Part shown: positions 1 through 10,274 of the stretch, one piece after another
Layout: the number at the start of each line of letters is the position of its first letter
How positions within the stretch are numbered: the stretch's first letter is position 1
DNA from: an uncultured Actinomycetota bacterium
GTDB lineage: Bacteria; Actinomycetota; Actinomycetes; Propionibacteriales; Nocardioidaceae
NCBI GenBank assembly: GCA_963713035.1
Contig: CAVQKB010000004.1
Span: 65,419 to 129,418, forward strand
Length of the DNA: 64,000 bases
Reading direction: 5' to 3'
The notes under the pieces: model-generated
The model's input: the letters and a program-made list of their open reading frames with translations, nothing else
What the model was told of the DNA's origin: nothing
The model's database searches: none
Made by a program: the position numbers and the translations under genes

Positions 1-643
1 CGGCCTCGACGCCGACCTCGTCGTCACCCAGGACCTGTGCGCGGTGTGCGCCGTCGACGTGTCCGTGGTCGACGACGCGCTCGCCCACCTGGGCTGCACC
101 GCCGAGGTCCTCACCATCGACCCGCACACCCTCGAGGAGGTGCTCGCCTCCGTCGCGACGCTCGGCGCGGCGACCGGTCGCGAGGAGCAGGCCGCCGTTC
201 TCGTGGCCCGCCTGCGGGCCCGCCTCGACGACGTCGTACGACGGGTGGCCGGTCGGACTCGGCCGCGCGTGCTGGTGCTCGAGTGGACCGACCCGGCGTT
301 CGCGCCGGGCCACTGGGTCCCGGAGATGGTGGACGTGGCCGGTGGGGAGTCCGTGCTGGGCGTCCCCGGTGCACGGTCCTACCGGGTCGGCTGGGACGAG
401 GTCGCCGCCTCGCGACCGGACGTCGTCGTGTGCGCACCGTGCGGCTTCGGGCTGGAGGCCTCCCGCGAGCTGGCCGTGCAGGCGCTGCCCCACCTGCCCG
501 GCGGCATCCCGGTGTGGGCCGTCGACGCCAACGCGTCGTTCGCCCGGCCCGGACCCCGGCTGGTCGACGGGGTCGAGGCGCTCGCGGGGATCCTGCACCC
601 CGACGTCGTCGAGCCGTCGACGATCGCCGTGCAGGTGCGCTAG
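1..643 (+). CDS. Periplasmic-binding-protein-fold protein (BtuF/cobalamin- or siderophore-type ABC substrate-binding-like), 5' end cut by window edge
   Basis: The frame is open from position 2 (GLDADLVVTQDLCAVCAVD...) and continues into ORF 44..643. The sequence 'RPRVLVLEWTDPAFAPGHWVPEMVDVAGG' is typical of class III PBP / cobalamin-binding proteins. The stop overlaps the cbs stop by 4 nt. Confidence 0.6.
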   Translation, partial: GLDADLVVTQDLCAVCAVDVSVVDDALAHLGCTAEVLTIDPHTLEEVLASVATLGAATGREEQAAVLVARLRARLDDVVRRVAGRTRPRVLVLEWTDPAFAPGHWVPEMVDVAGGESVLGVPGARSYRVGWDEVAASRPDVVVCAPCGFGLEASRELAVQALPHLPGGIPVWAVDANASFARPGPRLVDGVEALAGILHPDVVEPSTIAVQVR

Positions 644-2019
644 CGCGCCGCCAGGTAGGACAGCAGGTCCTGCCGGGTGACGACGCCGATCGGCTTGCCG
701 TCCTCCTGGATGAGCAGGGCGTCGGCCTGCTCCAGCCGCGCCACCGCCTCGCCGACGGGCTCGTGGGAGCCGACCGTCGGCAGCGGCGGGTCCATGTGGG
801 TCTCGACGGCGTCGATCAGCTTGGCGTGGCCGGAGTAGAGCGCGTCGAGCAGCGCTCGCTCGGAGACGCTGCCGGCGACCTCGGCCGCGACGATCGGCGG
901 CTCGGCGCGGACGACGGGCATCTGCGAGACGCCGTACTCCTGGAGGATGTGCACCGCCTCGGCGATGGTCTCGCTGGGGTGCGTGTGCACGAGGTCGGGC
1001 AGCCGGCCGCTCTTGCCGCGCAGCACCTGCCCGACCGTCTGCTCGTCGGTCGCGGGCAGGAAGCCGTACTGCCCGAGCCACTCGTCGTTGAAGACCTTGC
1101 CGAGGTAGCCCCGGCCGGAGTCGGGCAGCAGCACCACGATCACGGCGTTCTCCCCTTCGGGGGTGCCGTCCAGCTCGTGCGCGATCCGGAGCGCCCCCAC
1201 CGTGGCCATCCCGCAGGATCCTCCGACCAGCAGCGCCTCCTCGCGAGCCAGGCGGCGGGTCATCGCGAAGGAGTCGGCGTCGGAGACCTCGATGATCCGG
1301 TCGGCCACGTCGCGGTCGTAGGCCTCGGGCCAGAAGTCCTCGCCCACCCCCTCGACGAGGTAGGGGCGGCCGCTGCCGCCGGAGTAGACCGAGCCCGCCG
1401 GGTCGGCGCCGATCACCTGCACGTCGGGGTTCTGGTCCTTGAGGAAGCGCCCGGTGCCGCTGATCGTCCCGCCCGTGCCCACGCCGGCGACGAAGTGCGT
1501 GACCCGGCCCTCGGTCTGCGCCCAGATCTCCGGGCCGGTGGTCTCGTAGTGGGAGCGCGGGTTGTGCGGGTTGGCGTACTGGTTGGGCTTCCAGGCACCG
1601 TCGATCTCGCGCACCAGGCGGTCCGAGACGTTGTAGTAGGAGTCCGGGTGCTCCGGCGCGAGCGCCGTCGGGCACACGACCACCTCGGCGCCGTAGGCCT
1701 TGAGCACGTTGCGCTTGTCCTCGCTGACCTTGTCGGGGCAGACGAAGACGCAGTGGTAGCCCTTCTGCTGGGCGACCATGGCCAGCCCGACCCCGGTGTT
1801 CCCCGACGTCGGCTCGACGATGGTGCCGCCGGGCTTGAGCTCGCCGGACTGCTCGGCGGCCTCGATCATCCGGGTGGCGATCCGGTCCTTCACCGACCCG
1901 CCCGGGTTGAGGTACTCGATCTTGGCCAGCACCAACGGCGAAGCGCCGTCGGTCACCCGGCCGAGCTTGAGCAGCGGGGTGTTGCCGATCAGGTCGATGA
2001 GCGAGTTCACGTACTGCAC
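640..2019 (-). CDS. cbs: Cystathionine beta-synthase (PLP fold-type II catalytic domain plus C-terminal tandem CBS domains)
   Basis: 459 aa. PLP-lysine motif 'NPGGSVKDRIA', the 'EPTSGNTGVGLA' and 'GVGTGGTISG' loops, and a C-terminal CBS pair ('VSQMPVV...IGVVTRQDLL'). Confidence 0.9.
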   Translation of the reverse strand: MQYVNSLIDLIGNTPLLKLGRVTDGASPLVLAKIEYLNPGGSVKDRIATRMIEAAEQSGELKPGGTIVEPTSGNTGVGLAMVAQQKGYHCVFVCPDKVSEDKRNVLKAYGAEVVVCPTALAPEHPDSYYNVSDRLVREIDGAWKPNQYANPHNPRSHYETTGPEIWAQTEGRVTHFVAGVGTGGTISGTGRFLKDQNPDVQVIGADPAGSVYSGGSGRPYLVEGVGEDFWPEAYDRDVADRIIEVSDADSFAMTRRLAREEALLVGGSCGMATVGALRIAHELDGTPEGENAVIVVLLPDSGRGYLGKVFNDEWLGQYGFLPATDEQTVGQVLRGKSGRLPDLVHTHPSETIAEAVHILQEYGVSQMPVVRAEPPIVAAEVAGSVSERALLDALYSGHAKLIDAVETHMDPPLPTVGSHEPVGEAVARLEQADALLIQEDGKPIGVVTRQDLLSYLAAR

Positions 2020-2054
2020 CTCGGCAGTCTAGAGCCCGCCGCTACCATCGGTCC

Positions 2055-3056
2055 GTGGGGAAGGCTGGGGTGGCTCGGAAGTTGGTGGCTGCCGCCGCCT
2101 ACGGAGGCGGCGGCCTCTCCGTCGTGGCCGGATCCCTGTACGGCGTGCTGCGGGCCGAGGCTCAGATCGCCCGCAAGGCGATCGGCAACGCCGAGGGCGA
2201 GCCGCCCGACTCGACCGGCTGGTACGGCACCGGGCGCGGCGGTCCCCCGCTCAAGGTGGTCCTCCTCGGGGACTCGTCAGCGGCGGGCTACGGCGTGGAC
2301 CACGTGCAGCAGACGCCGGGGGCGCACCTCGCCTCCGGACTCGCCGAGGGTGCCGACCGACGCGTCTACCTCCGCTCCTTCGCGAAGGTCGGGGCGCAGA
2401 CACGCGACCTCGCCGAGCAGATCGACCGGGCGTTGAGCGTCGGGCCGGAGGTCGCACTGATCCTGGTCGGCGGCAACGACATCACCCACACCCGGCTGAT
2501 CTCGGAGTCCGTGCGCGAGCTGAGCGCCGCCGTACGCCGGCTGCGGGAGGCCGGTGCCGAGGTCGTCGTGGGCACCTGTCCCGACCTGGGCACCATCGAG
2601 CCGATCCCGCCCCCGCTGAAGCAGATCGCGCGGCTGTGGTCCCGCAAGCTGGCTGCGGCGCAGGCCGTGGCAGTCGTCGAGAACGGCGGCCGGACGGTGT
2701 CGCTGGCGACCGTCCTGGGACCGGAGTTCGCCGCCACCCCGGCGTTGCTGTTCGGACCGGACCGCTTCCACCCGTCGGCCGCCGGCTACTCGTCACTGGC
2801 CGCCGTGCTGCTGCCCTCGGCCCTCGCCGCAGTCGGCGTGATCCCCTTCGAGGACCTGGTGCCCGAGGCGGTGCGCGGCGAGGCGATCCTGCCGATCACC
2901 CAGGCCGCCGCCGAGGCGGCCCGCACGGTCGGCATGGAGCTCGACGGCACCGAGGTGGCCGGCTCGAGCCGCGGCACCCGCGGCCGCTGGGTGCAGCTGC
3001 GCCGCCGTCGGCGTCAGCCCGAGTCCGAGGTCGAGAAGCCGCAGCAGCACGCCTGA
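2055..3056 (+). CDS. SGNH/GDSL-family hydrolase (lipase/esterase) with N-terminal membrane or signal segment
   Basis: Block I 'VVLLGDSSAAGYG', block III 'LVGGNDITH', block V 'DRFHPS'. GTG start at 2055. Confidence 0.85.
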   Translation: MGKAGVARKLVAAAAYGGGGLSVVAGSLYGVLRAEAQIARKAIGNAEGEPPDSTGWYGTGRGGPPLKVVLLGDSSAAGYGVDHVQQTPGAHLASGLAEGADRRVYLRSFAKVGAQTRDLAEQIDRALSVGPEVALILVGGNDITHTRLISESVRELSAAVRRLREAGAEVVVGTCPDLGTIEPIPPPLKQIARLWSRKLAAAQAVAVVENGGRTVSLATVLGPEFAATPALLFGPDRFHPSAAGYSSLAAVLLPSALAAVGVIPFEDLVPEAVRGEAILPITQAAAEAARTVGMELDGTEVAGSSRGTRGRWVQLRRRRRQPESEVEKPQQHA

Positions 3057-3081
3057 GCCCACCCCGATGCGGGACAGGGCA

Positions 3082-3124
3082 AGCGCAACGCCCCCGGCCT
3101 TGGGAGACCCGGGGGCGTTGCGCT
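3082..3124. terminator. Bidirectional intrinsic terminator hairpin between convergent genes
   Basis: Perfect 16-bp inverted repeat AGCGCAACGCCCCCGG (3082-3097) / CCGGGGGCGTTGCGCT (3109-3124) with an 11-nt loop. It sits between the SGNH stop (3056) and the Bax-inhibitor stop (3150). There is no T-tract, which is common in high-GC actinobacteria. Confidence 0.6.
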
Positions 3125-3149
3125 GGTGCGGGGTGGTGCGGCTGGGCGA

Positions 3150-4016
3150 TCAGTCGCCGCGCAGGATCGCCATGATCCGGAGCAGCTCGATGTAGATCCA
3201 GATGATCGTCACGGTCAGGCCGAAGGCCGCCCGCCACGACTCGCGCTCGGGCAGTCCGGCCTCGATGCCGCGCTCGACGAAGTCGAAGTCGAGGATCAGC
3301 ATCAGGACGCCGAGTCCCAGGCCGATGACGCTGGAGATCAGTCCCATGCCGCCGAAGCCGTTGAACCCGAACGACGACCCGAAGAACCCCAGCAGGAGGT
3401 CGAGCATCGACACGGCGACGAAGCCGATCATGGCGCCGACGACCCACTTGCGGAAGGTCGGCGTGACCCGGATGTTGAAGAACTTGTACGCCGCGAGGGT
3501 GCCGCCGACGGCGGCCATCGTGCCGAGCACGGCACCGACCACGAGGCCGTCACCGAACATCGACTCCAGCAGCTTGCTGAAGGCACCGATGAAGACACCC
3601 TCGAGCGCGGCGTAGGCGAGCACCAGCGCGGGGCTCACGACCCGCTTGAACGAGTTGACCATCGCGAGGGCGAAGCCGCCGAACGCGCCCAGCATGACCA
3701 GCGCGTAGAGGCCGCCGGCGGTCTCCTCACCCGGGGTCGGGGTCAGCACCCAGGTCGCCGCGGCGACCAGGATCGTGACGCCCAGGGTCATCGCGGTCTT
3801 CTGCACGACCGAGTCGATCGACATCCGCTGACCGGAGCCGTCGCCGCCACCGAGGCGGGGGTCGTGGGTCGGGGGGACCTGCTGGCCGTAGGGCTGGTCG
3901 TAGGTCGAGACACGCTGGGCCGACGAACCGGCCGCGGGGTAGCTCATGCCACTCGCGGCGCCCTGCCGGCCGTTGAAGCCCTCCGCGCGGCGGAAGACGG
4001 GGTTGCTGCTCTGCAT
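3150..4016 (-). CDS. Bax inhibitor-1/YccA-family integral membrane protein
   Basis: 288 aa. The N-terminus 'MQSSNPVFRRAEGFNG' is followed by a Gly/Gln/Pro-rich stretch, about seven hydrophobic helices and a charged tail 'IELLRIMAILRGD', as in the BI-1/YccA family. Confidence 0.85.
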   Translation of the reverse strand: MQSSNPVFRRAEGFNGRQGAASGMSYPAAGSSAQRVSTYDQPYGQQVPPTHDPRLGGGDGSGQRMSIDSVVQKTAMTLGVTILVAAATWVLTPTPGEETAGGLYALVMLGAFGGFALAMVNSFKRVVSPALVLAYAALEGVFIGAFSKLLESMFGDGLVVGAVLGTMAAVGGTLAAYKFFNIRVTPTFRKWVVGAMIGFVAVSMLDLLLGFFGSSFGFNGFGGMGLISSVIGLGLGVLMLILDFDFVERGIEAGLPERESWRAAFGLTVTIIWIYIELLRIMAILRGD

Positions 4017-4189
4017 GTGGTCCCCTCCTAGGGAGGCCTGCGGCGCCCGCTCTGGACGCCTGGGGTGGATCGCACGTTCATCGTACGATCCCGCTCATCA
4101 AGAGAACGTGCCCGGGCGCGGTGATGTTCCCCTGAATTGTCGCAATCGCCTGCGCGACCAGGGCTCACCGCAGCGGGTGTCCCCGAGCG

Positions 4190-4262
4190 TGCCCCCGCTG
4201 GGACTCGAACCCAGACTGAGAGGTTTTTAAGACCTCTGCCTCTGCCGTTGGGCTACGGGGGC
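4190..4262 (-). tRNA. tRNA gene, 73 nt. By my fold the anticodon loop is CUUAAAA, giving anticodon UAA (nominally Leu/UUA), but the variable loop is short and class-I-like, so the isotype is uncertain.
   Basis: Minus-strand read: GCCCCCG-TA-GCCCAACGGCAGAGGC-A-GAGGT-CTTAAAA-ACCTC-TCAGT-CTGGG-TTCGAGT-CCCAG-CGGGGGC-A. The 7-bp acceptor stem is perfect, the T-arm is the canonical GGTTCGAGTCC type, and CCA is not encoded. Confidence 0.85.
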
Positions 4263-5134
4263 CCGGCGGTCATGGTTTCACGCTCGCTGCCGCCTGCGAG
4301 GTCGGCGGCTCGCTGGAGCACGGCGTCCAGCATCGGCTCGGTCAGGGTGCCGGTGAAGGTGTTCTGCTGCGAGGGGTGGTAGCTGCCGAGCAGCAGCACC
4401 TCTCCCCCGTCCGGCGCCGTCAGCGCCACCGCGGCGCCGTGCCCGAAGCGTGGCTTGGGCCGAGGGACGTCGTACCCCAGCGTGCGGAAGGTGCGCAGGC
4501 CGGCGTCCCAGGCATAGCCGCCGAGGCAGACGACCACCCGCAGCGACGCCGTGACCAGCGCGACCTCACGCACCAGCCACGGAGCACAGGTGTCGCGCTC
4601 GTCGATGCTCGGCTTGTTGTCGGGGGGCGCACAGCGGACGGCCGCGACCATCCGGGTGTCGATCAGCCGCTGACCGTCCCCCGCGTGCACCGAGGTCTCC
4701 TGCGCGGCGAGGCCGACCCGGTGCAGGGACGCGAACAGCCAGTCGCCCGAGCGGTCGCCGGTGAAGATCCGCCCGGTGCGGTTGCCGCCGTGGGCCGCCG
4801 GGGCCAGGCCGACGACCAGCACCCGGGGCGCCGTGGAGCCCCAGCCGGCGATGGGGCGTCCCCAGTAGGGCTCGGAGGCGTACGACGCCCGCTTGGCCGC
4901 GGCCACGTCCTCGCGCCAGGTCACCAGCCGGTCGCACGCGGAACAGACGGAGACGGCCGCGGTCAGCTCGGCGAGGTCGGCGTCCGCAGCCAGTCGGACC
5001 ACGTCGGACGGCGTGCGGGCGATCGGTGTCTTCGGTGTCGCCGGGTCACCCGGCCAGCCCGTGCCCGGGGGTACGGGGGAGTCGAAGGACGCGCCCGTGA
5101 CGGGGTGCGCGGCGGGACGGGGCACGCCCGTCAT
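4253..5134 (-). CDS. Uracil-DNA glycosylase superfamily protein (family 4/5, UdgB-like, Fe-S type)
   Basis: 293 aa. Motif 'VVGLAPAAHGGNRTGRIFTGD', cysteines 'VCSACDRL' and 'VRCAPP', and C-terminal 'GSYHPSQQN'. The 3' end overlaps the tRNA by about 10 nt. Confidence 0.85.
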   Translation of the reverse strand: MTGVPRPAAHPVTGASFDSPVPPGTGWPGDPATPKTPIARTPSDVVRLAADADLAELTAAVSVCSACDRLVTWREDVAAAKRASYASEPYWGRPIAGWGSTAPRVLVVGLAPAAHGGNRTGRIFTGDRSGDWLFASLHRVGLAAQETSVHAGDGQRLIDTRMVAAVRCAPPDNKPSIDERDTCAPWLVREVALVTASLRVVVCLGGYAWDAGLRTFRTLGYDVPRPKPRFGHGAAVALTAPDGGEVLLLGSYHPSQQNTFTGTLTEPMLDAVLQRAADLAGGSERETMTAGPP

Positions 5135-5246
5135 CCTGGCACGGTGGGTTCGGGGCTGCCGCCGGCGCCTGTACGAACGTGCTCTCGTGACGCCGGCGGC
5201 CCGTGGGGCCTGCTGCTAGACCCGTTGGTCTCGTGCCTCCCGAGTC

Positions 5247-5492
5247 TCAGCGGCGGCGCAGCCAGACCAGCCCGGCGACGAGCGCGACCGCCGCCACGAC
5301 GGCACCGACGACCTCGGGACGTGGTGTGCCGGTGTCGGTGGTCGCGGAGCTCGTGACGTCGGCGACCTTGGCCTTCGCCTGGGTCTTGATGTCGAGCTTG
5401 GCGTGCAGCGCCTCGACCGTCTCGGCGAGGTGGGCACGGGTCAGCTCCATGTCGGCGCGGATCGCGTCCGGGTCGCTCGGCGAGGCTGACAT
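5247..5492 (-). CDS. Small DUF3618-like protein with C-terminal transmembrane helix
   Basis: ATG at 5492. Sequence 'MSASPSDPDAIRADMELTRAHLAETVEALHAKLDIKTQAKAKV...VVGAVVAAVALVAGLVWLRRR'. The longer 176-aa ORF call would overlap ppx and has junk composition upstream. Confidence 0.6.
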   Translation of the reverse strand: MSASPSDPDAIRADMELTRAHLAETVEALHAKLDIKTQAKAKVADVTSSATTDTGTPRPEVVGAVVAAVALVAGLVWLRRR

Positions 5493-5536
5493 GTCGAAGC
5501 GGTACCCAGCCTCCGCGGCGTCAACCCCGCAGGCCC

Positions 5537-6460
5537 TCAGACCAGCGACCAGGCGATCCCGTCGAGGATGTCGGCGTCGGAGACCAGCAGCTCGCCCGCC
5601 CCCGACCGTCGCAGCACCTGCTCGAGGATCAGCGCACCCGCGCCGATCACGTCCGAGCGCCCTGCGGTCACCCCGAGGTCCTCCCGCTCGCTGACCGTCA
5701 TCGCGAGCACCCGCGCCGTCAGCTCGCTCACCTGCGTGAAGGGGAAGCGGGCACCGTGCACCCGCGACCGGTCCCACACCTCGAGCCCCTGCAGGATCGA
5801 GGCGAGCGTGGTCACCGTGCCCGCGACGCCGACCAGCGTGCGCGCGTCGCCGACGTGGACGCCGTACGACGGCAGGGTGTCGAGCTCGTCGGAGACGAAC
5901 GCCGTGGCCGCCTCGACCTCCGCGGCGGTCGGCGGGTCGGAGGGCATCAGCCGCTCGGTGACCCGCACCGACCCGATGTCGAGGGAGTGCGCGGCTCGGA
6001 CGTGTCCGTGGGCGTCGCCCAGGATCACCTCGGTGGAGCCGCCGCCGATGTCCAGCACCGCGATCGGTGCCGCCACGTCACGCAGCTCCCGGGTGGCGCC
6101 GTCGTAGGAGAGCCGGGCCTCCTCGTCGCCGCTGACCACCTCGGGCTCGACCCCGAGCCGCTGCGCGATGCCTCGCCGGAAGACGTCGGCGTTGCTCGCG
6201 TCGCGGGCGGCCGAGGTCGCCACGAAGCGCAGCGCGTCGACGCCCTGCGCCTGCACGATGGCGGCGTACTCCTCCGCGGCTGCGAAGACCCGGGTCAGGG
6301 CCTCGTCGGCCAGCCGACCGGTGCGGTCGACATCCTGGCCCAGCCGCACGATCCGCATCTCGCGGACCAGGGAGGTCTGGGTGCCGTCGGCCGGGTCGAG
6401 GTCGGCGACCAGCAGCTTGATGGTGTTGGTGCCGCAGTCGACGGCGGCGACGCGGGTCAC
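5537..6460 (-). CDS. Ppx/GppA-family exopolyphosphatase / phosphatase
   Basis: GTG start at 6460 forms a GTGA overlap with the DUF501 stop. Actin-like ATPase motifs 'VAAVDCGTNTIKLLV' and 'VLDIGGGSTEV'. The 139 aa upstream in the track ORF are Arg/Pro junk that overlaps DUF501. Confidence 0.85.
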   Translation of the reverse strand: MTRVAAVDCGTNTIKLLVADLDPADGTQTSLVREMRIVRLGQDVDRTGRLADEALTRVFAAAEEYAAIVQAQGVDALRFVATSAARDASNADVFRRGIAQRLGVEPEVVSGDEEARLSYDGATRELRDVAAPIAVLDIGGGSTEVILGDAHGHVRAAHSLDIGSVRVTERLMPSDPPTAAEVEAATAFVSDELDTLPSYGVHVGDARTLVGVAGTVTTLASILQGLEVWDRSRVHGARFPFTQVSELTARVLAMTVSEREDLGVTAGRSDVIGAGALILEQVLRRSGAGELLVSDADILDGIAWSLV

Positions 6461-6960
6461 TCGGCGGGTTCGGCCGGACGGGCGCAGGGCCCGGCGCGCC
6501 AGAAGTCGCCGAGCAGGTCGAGGACCTCGTCGCCGAGCGGGTTGACGCCGCGGCCCTGCGCGAGGGCCTGGCCGGCGAGCACGTGCAGGCACTTGACCCG
6601 CGTCGGCATGCCGCCCGCGGAGACGCCGGCGATCTCGGGCACCTGCGCGATGCCCTCGCGGTAGGCCAGGTAGGCCTCGTGCGCCCGCGCATAGGCGGCG
6701 GCGAGGTCGGGGTCGGCGGTGAGCCGGTCCGACATCTCCTTCATCAACCCGGACGCCTCGAGGGTGCCGATCAGCGAGGCCGCCCGGGGGCAGGTCAGGT
6801 AGAAGGTGGTGGGGAAAGGAGTGCCGTCGTCGAGCCGCGGCTCGGTGGCGACCACGTCCGGGTTGCCGCAGGGACACCGGTGCCCGATCGCGTGGATCGA
6901 GCGGGGGGCGCGGCCGAGCTGGGCCTCGATGACGGCCGCGTCGTCGTTGTGCACCGACAT
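6457..6960 (-). CDS. DUF501 domain protein
   Basis: Start 'MSVHNDDAAVIEAQLGR' at 6960. Contains 'HRCPCGNPDVV...FPTTFYLTCP...VKCLHV'. It keeps the conserved position between ftsB-like and ppx, as in mycobacterial Rv1024-Rv1026 synteny. Confidence 0.8.
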   Translation of the reverse strand: MSVHNDDAAVIEAQLGRAPRSIHAIGHRCPCGNPDVVATEPRLDDGTPFPTTFYLTCPRAASLIGTLEASGLMKEMSDRLTADPDLAAAYARAHEAYLAYREGIAQVPEIAGVSAGGMPTRVKCLHVLAGQALAQGRGVNPLGDEVLDLLGDFWRAGPCARPAEPAE

Positions 6961-6962
6961 GG

Positions 6963-7601
6963 CTAGTCTCGGCGATCGCTCTGGGGTGCGCGGATCCGCG
7001 ACACCGGCGGGGGCGCGTCCGTGGTCTCGCTCTCCGGCCGGCCCGCCTCCACGACGCTCCCCCAGGTCGACTGCCACCACAGCGGTCGGTTGGACTCGGT
7101 GACGGCCTCCGGGTCCGAGAGGCTGTCCTGGTGGCCCAGCGGGTTGCCGTCGGTGCCGATCACCTGGAAGCCCGTCTCCCCGGGCAGCACCCAGCCGAAC
7201 CGCTGGTGCGCGATCGAGCGGACGTAGGCGGGGTCCTTCCAGCGCTTCTTCTCGCGCTCCAGGCCGCTGATGTTGGTCTCCGACGACGCGATCTCGGCCC
7301 GCAGGTCCGAGATGTGCCGTCGCTGGTCGAGGTAGGCCCGCAGGCTCGAGGCGTAGGAGACCATCAGCACGGCGAGCACCAGCACGAGCACGGCGGCCCG
7401 GCTGGTGAAGCGGGCCCGCGGCGCACCCGGAGCGGCAGCCGGCGCGGTGCGCTGCCGTGGCATGCCCGGACGTGCCCCCGGTCGGGTGGAGGACTGCCGA
7501 GACGCCGTCCGTCGGGTCGGTCGACCGCCAGCGCGGGGACCGGGTCCCGCGCTGCGGCTGCGGGGGTCCCGCCCCCGACCCGACGGACGGCTCTGCGTCA
7601 T
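6963..7601 (-). CDS. Septum formation initiator family protein (FtsB/DivIC-like)
   Basis: Arg/Pro-rich N-terminal tail, a TM helix 'AAVLVLVLAVLMVSY', a coiled coil 'LRAYLDQRRHISDLRAEIASSETNISGLEREKKRW', then 'DPAYVRSIAHQRFGWVLPGE'. It lies immediately downstream of eno. Confidence 0.8.
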   Translation of the reverse strand: MTQSRPSGRGRDPRSRSAGPGPRAGGRPTRRTASRQSSTRPGARPGMPRQRTAPAAAPGAPRARFTSRAAVLVLVLAVLMVSYASSLRAYLDQRRHISDLRAEIASSETNISGLEREKKRWKDPAYVRSIAHQRFGWVLPGETGFQVIGTDGNPLGHQDSLSDPEAVTESNRPLWWQSTWGSVVEAGRPESETTDAPPPVSRIRAPQSDRRD

Positions 7602-7607
7602 CCGGTG

Positions 7608-8933
<1,326 letters not shown>

Positions 8934-9019
8934 CTAGCGGCGGAGGCGGCCCGATCCGGGAGGGCACGCCCTCGGTCGGATGCTGGACCGGACCCGCCCG
9001 GGGGACGCACACTCGGGCG

Positions 9020-9850
9020 ATGAGCGCTACTCCCCCGCCGACTGAGATCGTGGCCCAGGTAACCCGCACCTTCGACCTCGTCGGCGACGACTACGACCAG
9101 AGCGGGGTGGCGTTCTTCGCGCCCATCGCCGAGCGGCTCCTGGACCTCCTCGCCCCCCAGCCCGGTGAGTCCGTGCTGGACGTCGGGTGCGGCCGCGGCG
9201 CGGTGACCGTGCCGGCCGCGACCGCGGTGGGCCCCACCGGTCACGTGACGGCCGTCGACGTGTCCTCGGTGATGGTCGGGCACACCCGCGCCGCCGTCGC
9301 CGGCCGCGACCACGTGGAGGTCCGGCTCGGCGACGCGACCGCGCTCGACGTACCCGAGGAGGCGTACGACGTGGTGGCGTCGTCACTCGTGCTGTTCTTC
9401 CTGCCGGATCCGGCGGCCGCACTGCCCGGCTGGCTGCGCCGGCTGCGACCCGGTGGTCGGCTCGGCGTCACCACCTTCGGGACGCACGACGACGTGTGGC
9501 GGGCGGTCGACGCGCTCTTCGCTCCTTACCTGCCGGCCGCCCTGCAGGACCCGCGCACCCGCGGGATCGACAGTCCGTTCGCCAGCGACGCCGGGGTGGA
9601 GGCGATGGTGCGCGACGCCGGGGGCCGCGAGGTCCACACCGTGCGCGAGCCCCTCCCGGTCGTCTTCGACGACGCCGAGCACTGGCGCGCGTGGACGATG
9701 AGCACCGGTCAGCGAATGTTCTGGGGGTTCGTGCCCGAGGACGAGCGCGAACCGCTCTTCGAGCGGGCGGCTGCGCTGCTGGAGCAGGCCCGCGACGGTG
9801 GACGCATCGTGCTGCACCAGGAGGTCCGGCACACGCTGGCGACCGCCTGA
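9020..9850 (+). CDS. Class I SAM-dependent methyltransferase
   Basis: Motif I 'VLDVGCGRGAVT', post-I 'VTAVDVS', motif II 'YDVVASSLVLFFL', then 'LRPGGRLGV'. Confidence 0.85.
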   Translation: MSATPPPTEIVAQVTRTFDLVGDDYDQSGVAFFAPIAERLLDLLAPQPGESVLDVGCGRGAVTVPAATAVGPTGHVTAVDVSSVMVGHTRAAVAGRDHVEVRLGDATALDVPEEAYDVVASSLVLFFLPDPAAALPGWLRRLRPGGRLGVTTFGTHDDVWRAVDALFAPYLPAALQDPRTRGIDSPFASDAGVEAMVRDAGGREVHTVREPLPVVFDDAEHWRAWTMSTGQRMFWGFVPEDEREPLFERAAALLEQARDGGRIVLHQEVRHTLATA

Positions 9851-9872
9851 GCCCGTCTGGCACGCTCGTGCC

Positions 9873-10274
9873 ATGGCAGGTCTCTTCTCGCGTCTGCGGC
9901 GCCGGACGTCCGCACCGTCGCTCGACCCCGGCCGCGCCGATCTCGTGGTGGTCGCGTCCTGCTTCGACGACGCCGAGGCCGCGTCCGTCGCACTGGAGCG
10001 GGCCCGGACCACGGCGCCGGTGTGGGACGCCGATGCCCCGGCCGTGCTGCGGCACCACCTGGTGATCCCGGCCGACGCGGCCGACGACGCGGTGGCCGTG
10101 GCCGCGCAGGACGGCTACGCACCGGTCGAGTCGATCGCCCCCGCGAATCTCGTGCTGCAGCGGGTCCAGGTCCTCGACGCGCTGCACTGCTCGCAGGAGA
10201 GCTCGCGGATGGCCGGTCTCGCGCAGCGGCGCGACGGCCGGGTGCTGGGCTGGGACGCCCTGCAGCCGGGCTAG
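9873..10274 (+). CDS. Hypothetical protein
   Basis: ATG at 9873 ('MAGLFSRLRRR...'). Composition is non-junk and I recognised no family motif. It converges on, and overlaps, the mazG stop. Confidence 0.45.
   Translation: MAGLFSRLRRRTSAPSLDPGRADLVVVASCFDDAEAASVALERARTTAPVWDADAPAVLRHHLVIPADAADDAVAVAAQDGYAPVESIAPANLVLQRVQVLDALHCSQESSRMAGLAQRRDGRVLGWDALQPG

Noticed and set aside
37-2436. 799-aa plus-strand ORF
   Set aside because: It is antisense to cbs, and its translation is Arg/Gly/Pro/Ala junk with no motifs. This is the usual stop-free antisense frame in high-GC DNA.
4190-5134. tRNA-adjacent integration site / genomic island
   Set aside because: There is no integrase and no direct repeat of the tRNA 3' end nearby. 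The neighbouring genes are conserved housekeeping genes, and the giant locus lies 13 kb away beyond the mfd cluster.
5247-5777. 176-aa version of the small ORF
   Set aside because: Its upstream 95 aa overlap ppx in another frame with junk composition. The internal ATG at 5492 gives a coherent DUF3618-like protein.
6461-6877. N-terminal 139-aa extension of the Ppx/GppA ORF
   Set aside because: The extension is Arg/Pro junk and fully overlaps the well-supported DUF501 gene. A GTG at 6460 gives a canonical GTGA-coupled start right before the 'AVDCGTNT' motif.
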